This document shows, one piece after another, positions 35,333-43,487 of a DNA stretch of 54,155 nt. Source of the DNA: Acidobacteriota bacterium (GTDB taxonomy: Bacteria > Acidobacteriota > Holophagae > Holophagales > Holophagaceae); assembly GCA_018269025.1 (NCBI GenBank), contig JAFDVN010000071.1, positions 1-54,155 on the forward strand, given 5' to 3'. Below the pieces are notes generated by a model, which ran no database searches, was not told where the DNA came from, and saw only the letters and a program-made list of their open reading frames with translations. The stretch's first letter is position 1. Each line of letters opens with the position of its first letter. A program made the position numbers and the translations under genes.

Positions 35333-35381
35333 AGAGGGGCCCTTTGCGGGCCCCTCTGTGTCTCTGCGTCTCCGTGGTTCC
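35333..35381. repeat. GC hairpin (GAGGGGCCC-TTTGC-GGGCCCCTC) followed by right arm of the inverted repeat
   Basis: Hairpin at about 35333-35355 sits between the convergent stops. The right IR arm at 35354-35381 abuts the peptidase stop. Confidence 0.7.
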
Positions 35382-37516
35382 TATTTCTTGGGCGCCGCCG
35401 TCGGATCCAGGTCCCGGCTCTTGCCCCAGGCTTCGACGCGGAGCATCTGGTCTTCGAAGGATTCGCCGGTCTCGACCTTCACATCCTTCAGGATCTGGCG
35501 GCCGTTCATGTCCTCCACCACGGGCACGAGCTTGGGGAAGACGAAGGCCTTCTCCTTGGGGAGCTGCAGGGCTTCCCGGCGGGCCTTGGCGTCGTCGTGC
35601 CAGGCCTTGTTTACCTTCGTGCCGTACTGGCCGAAGAAGGCCTCGGCGCCAGCCTGATCGCCCATGGCCTTGATCGTCTGGAGCTTGGTCAGCACCTCGC
35701 CCACGCCCTCGCGGGCCTTGGCGAGGTCGGTGATCTCGACATACGCGTGGCCGTCCACCTGATCCACCTGGACGCCCTTCTGGTTGTCCACGAGGTAGTT
35801 CAGCACGAGCTGTCGGCCACGGAGGTGCGCCTCGTGGATGGTGTCGCCTTCCACCAGCCCGTTGGCCATGAGCTGGCCCGTGAGGTACTGAAGCAGCATG
35901 GCTTTGTAGGCGTCCGCGTGATCGGCGGCGGACACCGCGCCGATCTCTTCGAGCTTGGGATCAGGGAACTGGTAGAGCGCGACGCAATCGGCGCGGCACT
36001 CCTCCAACGCGGAGTAGGTGGGACCGATCTTGGTGGCGGGATCGGCGCCCGCGAGCGACGCGTCCGGCTGACCGGAGCCGTGGCCGATGACCTCGTGCAT
36101 GTACACGACCCACTGGCGGGCGAGGGAGCCGTCCTTGCGGATCAGGTCCTGATCCTCCGCGCGGTAGGAAGCCTTGATGCCGGCCTCGCGGGTAGCGGCG
36201 CTGGAGGCGCCTTCCACATTGAGCAGGACGACATTCTTGCTGCCGTAGTCCTTGCGGATGTCCGCGTAGTTGGGGAGGTTGTAGGCCGCCGGGCTGATCG
36301 GCCCCGCGTCCCCGGTCTCCATCAGCACATTGACGATGCTGGCGACGGGGGGCGTGATCTTGTCCCGCTTCCACTTGGCGTCCCAGGGCATTTTCGCTTC
36401 GAAGTACGCGGCGTTCTGGCTGAGCTTATCAATGACGGTGGAGTCAGACTTGTAGCTGACATTGGCCTCGTAGGCGCCGATGACGGAGCGGGGGTCCTTG
36501 TAGACCTCGTAGAAGCCGTTGAGGTAGTCCACGGTGCTCTTGGTCTGGAGCCAGGCGATGCTGTGTTTCTTGAAAGTGGCCTCGTCGCCGGTCTTGAAGA
36601 AGGCAATGAGGTCTTCCAGGGCCTGCTTCTGATTCGCGTTGGCCTCGAAACGGGTCTTCACGGTGCCATCGGGCATCGTCACCTTGGCGATCTCGTCTTC
36701 CACATAGGGGAGGGCCTTCTGGAGCCAGTAGACGACGGTATCGAGCTGGGCGCCGTAGACGCCGCCCACCTTGAAGACCTGGGCCACGGCCTTCTTGCCC
36801 TTCTTGGCGAAGCGGACATTGACCTGAGCCTGGGTGGCTTCCGGCAGAGCCTGGATCGCCTTGAGCGTGAGGCCCTTGTCGTAGAGGCCGTTGGATGAGG
36901 TCGCGATGGGATCCACGCCCGGCACCTGATTCACCTGGATGGGGTCCACCTTCGGGTCGAAGATGTAAGGCTTGAGCTGGGCCAGCGCCGCCATTCCGCC
37001 CCCCTTCACGGCGAACTTGGCGTGCTTCTTCACCGCGATCTGGACGGCCTTCTTGAGCTGATCGTAGGTGAGGTTGGCCGGGACGAACTTGGTGGCGTGG
37101 GTGTGGCTGTAATTGCCGTGGTTGGCCCACACGAGTTTCAGGTATTCGCCGAGCCCGGCGCGGGTGGCCTCGTCCAGCGCGTCCTTCTTGGACCAGACGC
37201 CTTCCAGGAGGTTCTTGATGTCGAGGGCCTTGGGGTGGTTCTGGAGGTAGGCGATCTCATCCCCGGCCAGGGCGGCGCGGTAGAGGTAGTAAGCGAATTT
37301 GCGCTGGGTGGGCCGCAGCTTGTCGAAGCCAGGCGCTTCCACGGGCACGAGCCACATGTCCCGGCCATCCGCGCCGAGCTTTTCGATGGCGGCGGGAGCC
37401 TGGGCTGGAGTCTGGGCGGACGCCGGCGCGGGAGTCGGCGCGGGAGCCGGGACTGGAGCTTGGGCGAAGAGGGTGGTGCCTGCGGCTAGGGCCGCCATGA
37501 TCCAGGCGCGCTGCAT
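35381..37516 (-). CDS. dipeptidyl-peptidase III (M49 family), secreted
   Basis: Signal peptide MQRAWIMAALAAGTTLFAQA. HEVIGH and EECRAD zinc motifs characteristic of M49. Confidence 0.85.
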   Translation of the reverse strand: MQRAWIMAALAAGTTLFAQAPVPAPAPTPAPASAQTPAQAPAAIEKLGADGRDMWLVPVEAPGFDKLRPTQRKFAYYLYRAALAGDEIAYLQNHPKALDIKNLLEGVWSKKDALDEATRAGLGEYLKLVWANHGNYSHTHATKFVPANLTYDQLKKAVQIAVKKHAKFAVKGGGMAALAQLKPYIFDPKVDPIQVNQVPGVDPIATSSNGLYDKGLTLKAIQALPEATQAQVNVRFAKKGKKAVAQVFKVGGVYGAQLDTVVYWLQKALPYVEDEIAKVTMPDGTVKTRFEANANQKQALEDLIAFFKTGDEATFKKHSIAWLQTKSTVDYLNGFYEVYKDPRSVIGAYEANVSYKSDSTVIDKLSQNAAYFEAKMPWDAKWKRDKITPPVASIVNVLMETGDAGPISPAAYNLPNYADIRKDYGSKNVVLLNVEGASSAATREAGIKASYRAEDQDLIRKDGSLARQWVVYMHEVIGHGSGQPDASLAGADPATKIGPTYSALEECRADCVALYQFPDPKLEEIGAVSAADHADAYKAMLLQYLTGQLMANGLVEGDTIHEAHLRGRQLVLNYLVDNQKGVQVDQVDGHAYVEITDLAKAREGVGEVLTKLQTIKAMGDQAGAEAFFGQYGTKVNKAWHDDAKARREALQLPKEKAFVFPKLVPVVEDMNGRQILKDVKVETGESFEDQMLRVEAWGKSRDLDPTAAPKK

Positions 37517-37593
37517 GGGTCCTCCGTGGGGAAAGGCCCATCATGCCATAGGGGGTGGGAAGCGCCGCCTTGAGATCCTAAGCGGTCCGCGTG

Positions 37594-38889
37594 TCAGTCT
37601 TTCGCCGGGGTGGGTTCCTGGGTGTGCGTCCGCATGAGCACCGAGACGGCGATGACACGATCCTCCGCGCCCCGCACGGGGGCAAAGGTCAGGTCCGCCT
37701 GGAAAGGTTCCCCCCGGCGCAGCACTTCGCCATCGGGGATGCGGACGATTTCGCCCGCGCCCACCTTGGTGAGCAGGTCCGGCAGGAGGGCGAGGCCCCC
37801 ATCCACCATGAGGCGGGAGAAGGGCTGGCCGAGTGCCTCGGCGCGGGGGAGGGCGAAGATCGCCTCGGCCGCGGCGTTCCAGGTGAGGATGCGGCCGTCG
37901 GCGCCGAAGGAGGCGAGCCCATCCCCCAGGTTGTGGAGCAGGCTTTCCAAGTAGCGGCGGGTCTTCTGGGTTTCCTGATGACTGCGCTCGAGCTGGGCGT
38001 AGAGCTGGCCCATCTCCTGGTTGCGCTGTTCCAGTTCCTCCTTCGCGGAGCGCAGCTCCGAGTAGAGGCGTGCCGTCTCCATGCTGGATTTGAGCGCGTC
38101 CTCCAGCAGGTCCTGGGTTTCCGCGCGACCATCGGGTTGCAGGTCGTCAATGGTCACGCCCGCGTGGCGCAGGATCACCGCGGGCGGTTGCTCGGGCGCC
38201 GTGCCCGGCGCGGCAGCGGTGCCCACCTCTCGCAGCGCCTGGCTCAGGTTGCTGTCAATGAGCGCCAGCATGGCGTCGAAGTCCTTCACCTTCTTGTCGA
38301 GGTTGAACTTCTTGAAGGTGTAGTCCACCGTCTCCCGGGTGATGGCGCGGAAGGTTTCCGCCACGCCGATGCCTTGAGAGGCGATGGCCTCGAAGAAGGG
38401 CGCGTTGCGGAAGTTGAGACGGCGGTTCATCACGCCAACGGCGAGGGCATCCGGCAAGTCCCGCTTGTTGAACTGGAGCACCAGGGGGATCTGCTTGATG
38501 TTCAGGCGGTTCGCGTTGAGGTTGTGATAGAGGTTGCTGAGCGAATCCACATTGTCCTGCATCTTCGCTTCGGCCGAATCCGCCACGAAGACGACGCCAT
38601 CGGCGCCCCCCAGCACCACGCGGCGGCTGGCGTCGTACTGGATCTGACCGGGCACGGTGTAGACCTGCAGGTGGATCGCGTTGCCGTAGATGTAGCCGAG
38701 GTTGATGGGCAGCAGGTCGAAGAAGAGGGTGCGGTCTTCCTGGGTGTTCACGCTGAACATCTCGCCGCGCTGTGCCTCACCGCAGAGGGCGTGGAGCTGC
38801 TGGAGGTTCGTCGTCTTGCCCGAAAGCCCCGGCCCGTAATAGACCAGCTTCAGCAGGATCTCGTTGGCTCGCGTGTTGAATTGGACCAT
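37594..38889 (-). CDS. MglA-family Ras-like GTPase fused to C-terminal coiled coil and PAS domain
   Basis: N-terminal about 190 aa: LVYYGPGLSGKTTNL, DRTLFFDLLP, YTVPGQ, FVADS, QFNKRDL (all MglA hallmarks). Then a heptad-rich helix (ETARLYSELRSAKEELEQRNQEMGQLYAQLERS) and PAS-like LGDGLASFGADGRILTWNAAAEAIFALPRAEALGQPF. Confidence 0.85.
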   Translation of the reverse strand: MVQFNTRANEILLKLVYYGPGLSGKTTNLQQLHALCGEAQRGEMFSVNTQEDRTLFFDLLPINLGYIYGNAIHLQVYTVPGQIQYDASRRVVLGGADGVVFVADSAEAKMQDNVDSLSNLYHNLNANRLNIKQIPLVLQFNKRDLPDALAVGVMNRRLNFRNAPFFEAIASQGIGVAETFRAITRETVDYTFKKFNLDKKVKDFDAMLALIDSNLSQALREVGTAAAPGTAPEQPPAVILRHAGVTIDDLQPDGRAETQDLLEDALKSSMETARLYSELRSAKEELEQRNQEMGQLYAQLERSHQETQKTRRYLESLLHNLGDGLASFGADGRILTWNAAAEAIFALPRAEALGQPFSRLMVDGGLALLPDLLTKVGAGEIVRIPDGEVLRRGEPFQADLTFAPVRGAEDRVIAVSVLMRTHTQEPTPAKD

Positions 38890-39056
38890 GGCGGCAGGGG
38901 AAGGGATCAGCCTAGCACGGGGAAAAAACCGGGGACCTTCCCCCCTCTCAACGGCAAGGTGCCTGTTTGGATCAAATCCTGGAGGGGGGAGAGTCGGGGG
39001 CCTTTTCGGACCTTCATTGGGCTAACATGAATGGTTCTACGAATTCCTGGTAGCCC

Positions 39057-39266
39057 ATGAGCGTCCCCTCCCATGTCGCGATTATTTTCTCGGTATCGGC
39101 TTTGCCGATACGCGAGACCTCCCCTGCCAGCGGTGCATCGGCCGCTAGGGGGAGTACCTTGTGAGCATTCCGACCCATGTGGCCATCATCTTCTCGGTAT
39201 CGGCTCCGCCGATACGCGAGACCTCGCGCTAGGTTGGGCCTTGTCCGATCCAAGGGTGTCTTCCCG
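39057..39266 (+). repeat. two tandem about 105-bp units, each beginning with a copy of the uppS start (mini-ORFs) followed by a hairpin
   Basis: Unit A 39057-39160 starts ATGAGCGTCCCCTCCCATGTCGCGATTATT. Unit B 39161-39266 starts GTGAGCATTCCGACCCATGTGGCCATCATC. The real uppS at 39267 starts ATGAGCATTCCGACCCATGTCGCCGTCATT. Hairpins TCTCGGTATCGGC-NNN-GCCGATACGCGAGA at 39088-39117 and 39192-39221. Confidence 0.9.
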
Positions 39267-39953
39267 ATGAGCATTCCGACCCATGTCGCCGTCATTTTGG
39301 ACGGCAACGGCCGCTGGGCTGCCCAGCGGGGGCAGGCGCGCATTAAAGGGCACAAGGCCGGGGTCCGGGCGGTGGAGGCCATCCTGGACGAGGCCTCGGA
39401 CCTGGGCATCCAGCATTTGAGCCTCTATGCCTTCAGCACCGAGAATTGGAAGCGGCCCGCCTTCGAGGTGACGGCGCTCATGGCGCTGCTCCGCATGTAC
39501 TTGCGGATGTTCGTGCCCAAGCTTCTCGCCAAGGGCACCCGCTTCCATCACCTGGGCAGCGTGGAGGGTCTTCCCGCCGGGGTGGTGTCGGATCTCCACT
39601 GGCTGGAGGCGAAGACGGCCCATGGGACGGGCATGACCTTTCACCTGGCCGTGAATTACGGCTCCCGCCTGGAAATCGCCCAAGCGGCCGCCCGCTGCGT
39701 GGCGGACGGATTGAGGCCGGATCAGGTGGATGAGGCCGCCCTCCAGGCCCGGCTCTGGACGGCGGGCGTGCCGGATGTGGATCTGCTCATCCGCACCAGC
39801 GGCGAGCACCGCATCTCCAACTTCCTGCTCTGGCAGGCGGCCTATGCCGAGTTGCACCTGACGGACATCCTTTGGCCCGATTTCGGGCCCGCCCAGCTCC
39901 GCGAGGCCCTCGCCGACTTCGGGGCCCGGGAGCGGCGTTTTGGCGGGTTGTAG
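39267..39953 (+). CDS. uppS: undecaprenyl diphosphate synthase
   Basis: MSIPTHVAVILDGNGRWA, FSTENWKRP, and RTSGEHRISNFLLWQAAYAEL motifs. Confidence 0.95.
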   Translation: MSIPTHVAVILDGNGRWAAQRGQARIKGHKAGVRAVEAILDEASDLGIQHLSLYAFSTENWKRPAFEVTALMALLRMYLRMFVPKLLAKGTRFHHLGSVEGLPAGVVSDLHWLEAKTAHGTGMTFHLAVNYGSRLEIAQAAARCVADGLRPDQVDEAALQARLWTAGVPDVDLLIRTSGEHRISNFLLWQAAYAELHLTDILWPDFGPAQLREALADFGARERRFGGL

Positions 39954-39968
39954 GTCAAACTAGGGATC

Positions 39969-40889
39969 ATGCCCAAGATGCCCGTCCCCGCCGTTCCCGC
40001 CGCCTCCACGAAGCCGGGATTCGATAAGAAGAACCTGATCACCCGGGTGGGCACGGCCCTCGTCTTCGCCAGCCTCTTCCTGAGCCTGCTCTGGTTCGGG
40101 GGAGATGCCGCCTGGGGCCGCCCGGCCTACGCGCTGCTCATGGCCGTGAGCATCTTCGCGGGCGTGCGGGAGATGACCCTCATCGGTCGAGCCTGCGGCT
40201 TCAATCCGCAGATGCTTCCGGCGCTCCTGGTGGCCTGGGGCCTGCTCGCCCACTTCTACCTTCAAAGTGGCGTGGAAGACCCCTTGCCGCTGTGGCTGAT
40301 CTTCGGCGGAGGCTTCCTCCTCATCCATTTCAGCGCGCTCTTCTTCGACACGAAGCTCGAAGAGGCGCTGCCCAGCCAGGCCATCGCGTGGATGGGCGCG
40401 TTGCTCCTCGGCCTGGGCCTCGGCTTCCAGCTCAAGCTCTTCCTGCTGCAAGGCACCGTGGCCAAGACCGGCAGCCGATTCATCCTCGCGCTCTACCTCA
40501 TCACCTGGCTGGGGGACACGGCGGCTTACTTCATTGGAAGCGCCTTCGGCAAGCACCGCCTCGCCCCCAAGGTGAGTCCGAAGAAGAGCTGGGAGGGCGC
40601 GGCGGGGAACCTACTCGGCAACCTGCTCGGTGGCGTGATCATCAAGCTCTGGGCCTGCCCCCAGTGGAGCTGGGTGGATGTGGTGGCGCTCTCGCTCCTC
40701 ATGGGCATCGCGGGCCAGCTCGGCGACCTCGTGGAAAGCACCTGGAAGCGCAGCGCGGGCGTGAAGGACTCCAACGCGGGCAGCGTCTCCATCCCCGGTC
40801 ACGGCGGCTTGCTGGACCGGGTGGACAGCTTGCTCTTCGCCGCGCCCGTGCTCTACGCCTACGCGTACTTCGTGTTCGGCTTCAATTGA
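39969..40889 (+). CDS. cdsA: phosphatidate cytidylyltransferase
   Basis: Multi-TM protein. C-terminal signature SxxKRxxGVKDSxxxIPGHGGLLDRVDS. Confidence 0.9.
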   Translation: MPKMPVPAVPAASTKPGFDKKNLITRVGTALVFASLFLSLLWFGGDAAWGRPAYALLMAVSIFAGVREMTLIGRACGFNPQMLPALLVAWGLLAHFYLQSGVEDPLPLWLIFGGGFLLIHFSALFFDTKLEEALPSQAIAWMGALLLGLGLGFQLKLFLLQGTVAKTGSRFILALYLITWLGDTAAYFIGSAFGKHRLAPKVSPKKSWEGAAGNLLGNLLGGVIIKLWACPQWSWVDVVALSLLMGIAGQLGDLVESTWKRSAGVKDSNAGSVSIPGHGGLLDRVDSLLFAAPVLYAYAYFVFGFN

Positions 40890-42037
40890 CACGGAAAGTC
40901 GCGATCCTCGGCTCCACCGGCAGCATCGGCTGTTCGGCGCTGGAGGTGGTGCGCGCCCATCCGGATCGGCTCGCCGTCGTCGCGTTGGCGGCGGGGCGCA
41001 ATCGAGATCGCTTGCGGGAGCAGTGCGAAGCCTTCCGCCCGCGCCTCGTGAGCGTTGCCACCGACGAGGACGCGATCTGGTTGAAGGGGCAACTCTCCTT
41101 CCAGCCTGAGATCGTCTTTGGGGCGGAAGGCCTCATGGCCTGCGCGCTGCACGGCGACGCGGACACGGTGCTCGCGGCGGTGGTGGGCGCGATCGGCCTA
41201 CCCTCCACCGAAGCCGCGTTGCGGGCGGGCAAGCGGGTCTGCGTGGCAAATAAGGAATCCCTCGTCGTCGGCGGCGCGCTCATGCGCCGGGCGCTGGAGG
41301 CGGGCGGCGGCGAGCTGCTTCCGGTGGATAGCGAGCACGCGGCGCTGCACCAGCTTCTCGCGGGCCGCGCGACCGCCGACATCGCCGAGCTGCGCCTCAC
41401 CGCCAGCGGCGGCCCGTTTCGCGACTGGCCGCTCGAAAAGATCCGCGCCGCCACGAAATCCGAAGCCCTGAACCACCCCACCTGGAAGATGGGCCCCAAG
41501 ATCACCATTGATAGCGCGACCCTGATGAACAAGGGGCTGGAGGTCATCGAGGCCTCCGTTCTCTTCGGGCTCGGTGCGGACCGCATCGCCGTCACCGTCC
41601 ATCCCCAAAGCCAGGTCCACGCGATGGTGGGCTTCGCGGATGGCACCTACCAGCTCCAGGTCTGTGCCAACGACATGAAGCTGCCCATCCAATACTGCCT
41701 GCTCCATCCCGACAAGGTGCCGGGGCCCGTCCCGCCCTACGATTGGGAGGCGAGTCGCGCGTGGACCTTCGAAGCCCCCGATCTCGCGCGCTTTCCGCTC
41801 CTGGGCTTGGCCTTCGACGCGCTTCGGGCCGGGGGCACGGCCCCCGCGATCCTCAACGCGGCGAACGAAGTCGCCGTCGCGTTTTTCCTGGAAGGACGGC
41901 TTGGATTCTGGGACATCCAGGCCTGTGTGCGGGAGACCTTGAACGCGGTTCCCAGCGAACCCATGCTGGATCTTCCCCAGGTGCTGGATGCGGACCGCCG
42001 CGCCCGGGCCTTCGCGGAAACCTGGGCGTCCGCCTGA
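40886..42037 (+). CDS. dxr: 1-deoxy-D-xylulose 5-phosphate reductoisomerase
   Basis: TTG start overlapping the cdsA stop. VAILGSTGSIG, LANKESLV, PVDSEH, NKGLEVIEA motifs. Confidence 0.9.
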   Translation: MTRKVAILGSTGSIGCSALEVVRAHPDRLAVVALAAGRNRDRLREQCEAFRPRLVSVATDEDAIWLKGQLSFQPEIVFGAEGLMACALHGDADTVLAAVVGAIGLPSTEAALRAGKRVCVANKESLVVGGALMRRALEAGGGELLPVDSEHAALHQLLAGRATADIAELRLTASGGPFRDWPLEKIRAATKSEALNHPTWKMGPKITIDSATLMNKGLEVIEASVLFGLGADRIAVTVHPQSQVHAMVGFADGTYQLQVCANDMKLPIQYCLLHPDKVPGPVPPYDWEASRAWTFEAPDLARFPLLGLAFDALRAGGTAPAILNAANEVAVAFFLEGRLGFWDIQACVRETLNAVPSEPMLDLPQVLDADRRARAFAETWASA

Positions 42038-42069
42038 TCTGACCGCCTGATCTGACCGCCTGATCTGAA
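42031..42069. repeat. 13-bp direct repeat x3 (CGCCTGATCTGAC) spanning the dxr stop
   Basis: Copies at 42031, 42044 and 42057 (the last ends ...GAA). Each copy carries two TGA triplets, so stops occur in all three frames. Confidence 0.9.
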
Positions 42070-42078
42070 AGGCCTGCC

Positions 42079-43191
42079 TTGCTCACCTTCCCCCTCGCGT
42101 TCTTCTCCGCTGGATGGTTGTCGGCGATCTGGCCCCCCGCGGTCATGCTCGGCGGCCTCATCTTCCTCCACGAGCTCGGCCACTTCATCGTCGCCAAGCG
42201 CATGGGCATGCCGGTGGAAGTCTTCTCCCTGGGCTTCGGCACGCGGCTCGTCGGCTTCAAGTGGCGCGAGACGGATGTGCGGCTTTCGCTGCTTCCTCTG
42301 GGTGGCTATGTGAAGCTCGCGGGCTTCAATCCCGAAGAACCCGCCGCAGAAGATCCCCACGGGTTCCTCCAGCAGCCCGTGTGGAAGCGCCAGATCTTCT
42401 ACTCCGGTGGCATCATCGCCAACCTTCTCGTCGCCTTCATGCTGCTCTGGGTCATCGGTGTGAACGGCGCGCGGGTCGTGAAGGCTTCCGCCAAGGCCGG
42501 ATCCCCCATGCTGGTGGATCAGGTTCTGAAAGGGCAGCCCGCCGAAGCCGCGGGCTTGCGTCCTGGCGATGAATTGAAGCGCATCGGGACGGTCGCCTTC
42601 CCCGCCGGGACCTGGGAGCAGGCCGTCGCCTTCATCCAGTCCCACCCCGATCAGGCGGTGCCCTTCGAGGTGATCCGGGAGGGCAAGACCCTTGACCTCA
42701 CCGTCACGCCCCGGAACGAAGGCGGCGTCGGGAAGGTCGGCCTTGCCCCCGTGCCTGCGGAGCTCCAGGTGGAGCGACGCCCCTTCCAGGTGGGCGACCT
42801 CTGGACCGGCGCCGCCTTCAGCGCCACGCGCATGGTGGACCTCACGAAGAATGTCTTCGGGTTCCTCGGCCAGATCCTCACCTTCAAGGCCCACGCGGCG
42901 GATGTGGCGGGCCCCATCGGCATCATGAAGATCAGCGCCCAGGCCGCGAAAATCGGATGGGAAACCTTCCTTTCGATGATGGCGCTCATCAGCCTGGAGC
43001 TGGCCATCTTCAACCTGCTGCCCATCCCCATGCTGGATGGCGGCCACATGGCCGTGCTCGCCTACGAGCGGTTCCGGCGCAAAGATCTGACGCTCGAATT
43101 CAAAGAAAAGCTCTTCACCGGCGGCTTCCTGCTCATCGCGGGCCTCATGGCCTTCGTGCTCTTCCTGGATGTGATGAAACTGCGGAAGTGA
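42079..43191 (+). CDS. rseP: RIP zinc metalloprotease RseP (M50, site-2 protease) with PDZ domain
   Basis: TTG start. HELGHF motif, PDZ-like middle region, LNLLPIPMLDGGH motif. Confidence 0.9.
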   Translation: MLTFPLAFFSAGWLSAIWPPAVMLGGLIFLHELGHFIVAKRMGMPVEVFSLGFGTRLVGFKWRETDVRLSLLPLGGYVKLAGFNPEEPAAEDPHGFLQQPVWKRQIFYSGGIIANLLVAFMLLWVIGVNGARVVKASAKAGSPMLVDQVLKGQPAEAAGLRPGDELKRIGTVAFPAGTWEQAVAFIQSHPDQAVPFEVIREGKTLDLTVTPRNEGGVGKVGLAPVPAELQVERRPFQVGDLWTGAAFSATRMVDLTKNVFGFLGQILTFKAHAADVAGPIGIMKISAQAAKIGWETFLSMMALISLELAIFNLLPIPMLDGGHMAVLAYERFRRKDLTLEFKEKLFTGGFLLIAGLMAFVLFLDVMKLRK

Positions 43192-43192
43192 A

Positions 43193-43483
43193 TCCCGCGA
43201 AGGGCCACGAAGGGAAAAGCTAAGGACCGCGAATTCATTTTCGGTTCATCGCGGATGAGCGGGGCGGCGATCTCCCCAAGATGGGTAGGACCTTTCGGCC
43301 CCCAAAAGATCGGATCACAGAGATCACTGAGATACACAGACCCCCTGCGTTCCATCATTAGTCGCCCTCGGCAAATACAGGGAAGCCTCAAATGGGATCT
43401 GGGGCTGGCGATTCTTCCCGGTATTGCGCGAAGAACCTCGTTTTCGCGGTCCTTGCTTTTTCCTTCGCGGCCCTTCGCGGGGA
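43193..43483. repeat. about 290-bp element bounded by about 41-bp terminal inverted repeats (MITE-like or large stem-loop) between rseP and smpB
   Basis: 43193-43233 TCCCGCGAAGGGCCACGAAGGGAAAAGCTAAGGACCGCGAA compared with the reverse complement of 43443-43483, TCCCCGCGAAGGGCCGCGAAGGAAAAAGCAAGGACCGCGAA. The interior is lower in GC. Confidence 0.8.
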
Positions 43484-43487
43484 TACC

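Noticed and set aside
39014-39409. 131-aa minus-strand ORF and 65-aa plus-strand ORF (39073..39270) across the uppS repeat region
   Set aside because: Both simply read through the tandem repeats in other frames or on the other strand. There are no motifs, and they overlap the well-supported uppS start.
43234-43442. Possible tmRNA (ssrA) next to smpB; the string GGGGCTGGCGATTCT vaguely resembles a tmRNA 5' end
   Set aside because: There is no tRNA-like 3' domain (no T-arm or ...CCA end) and no recognisable tag reading frame. The candidate would run into the smpB coding sequence on the opposite strand, and the space is too small for a tmRNA of about 350 nt.
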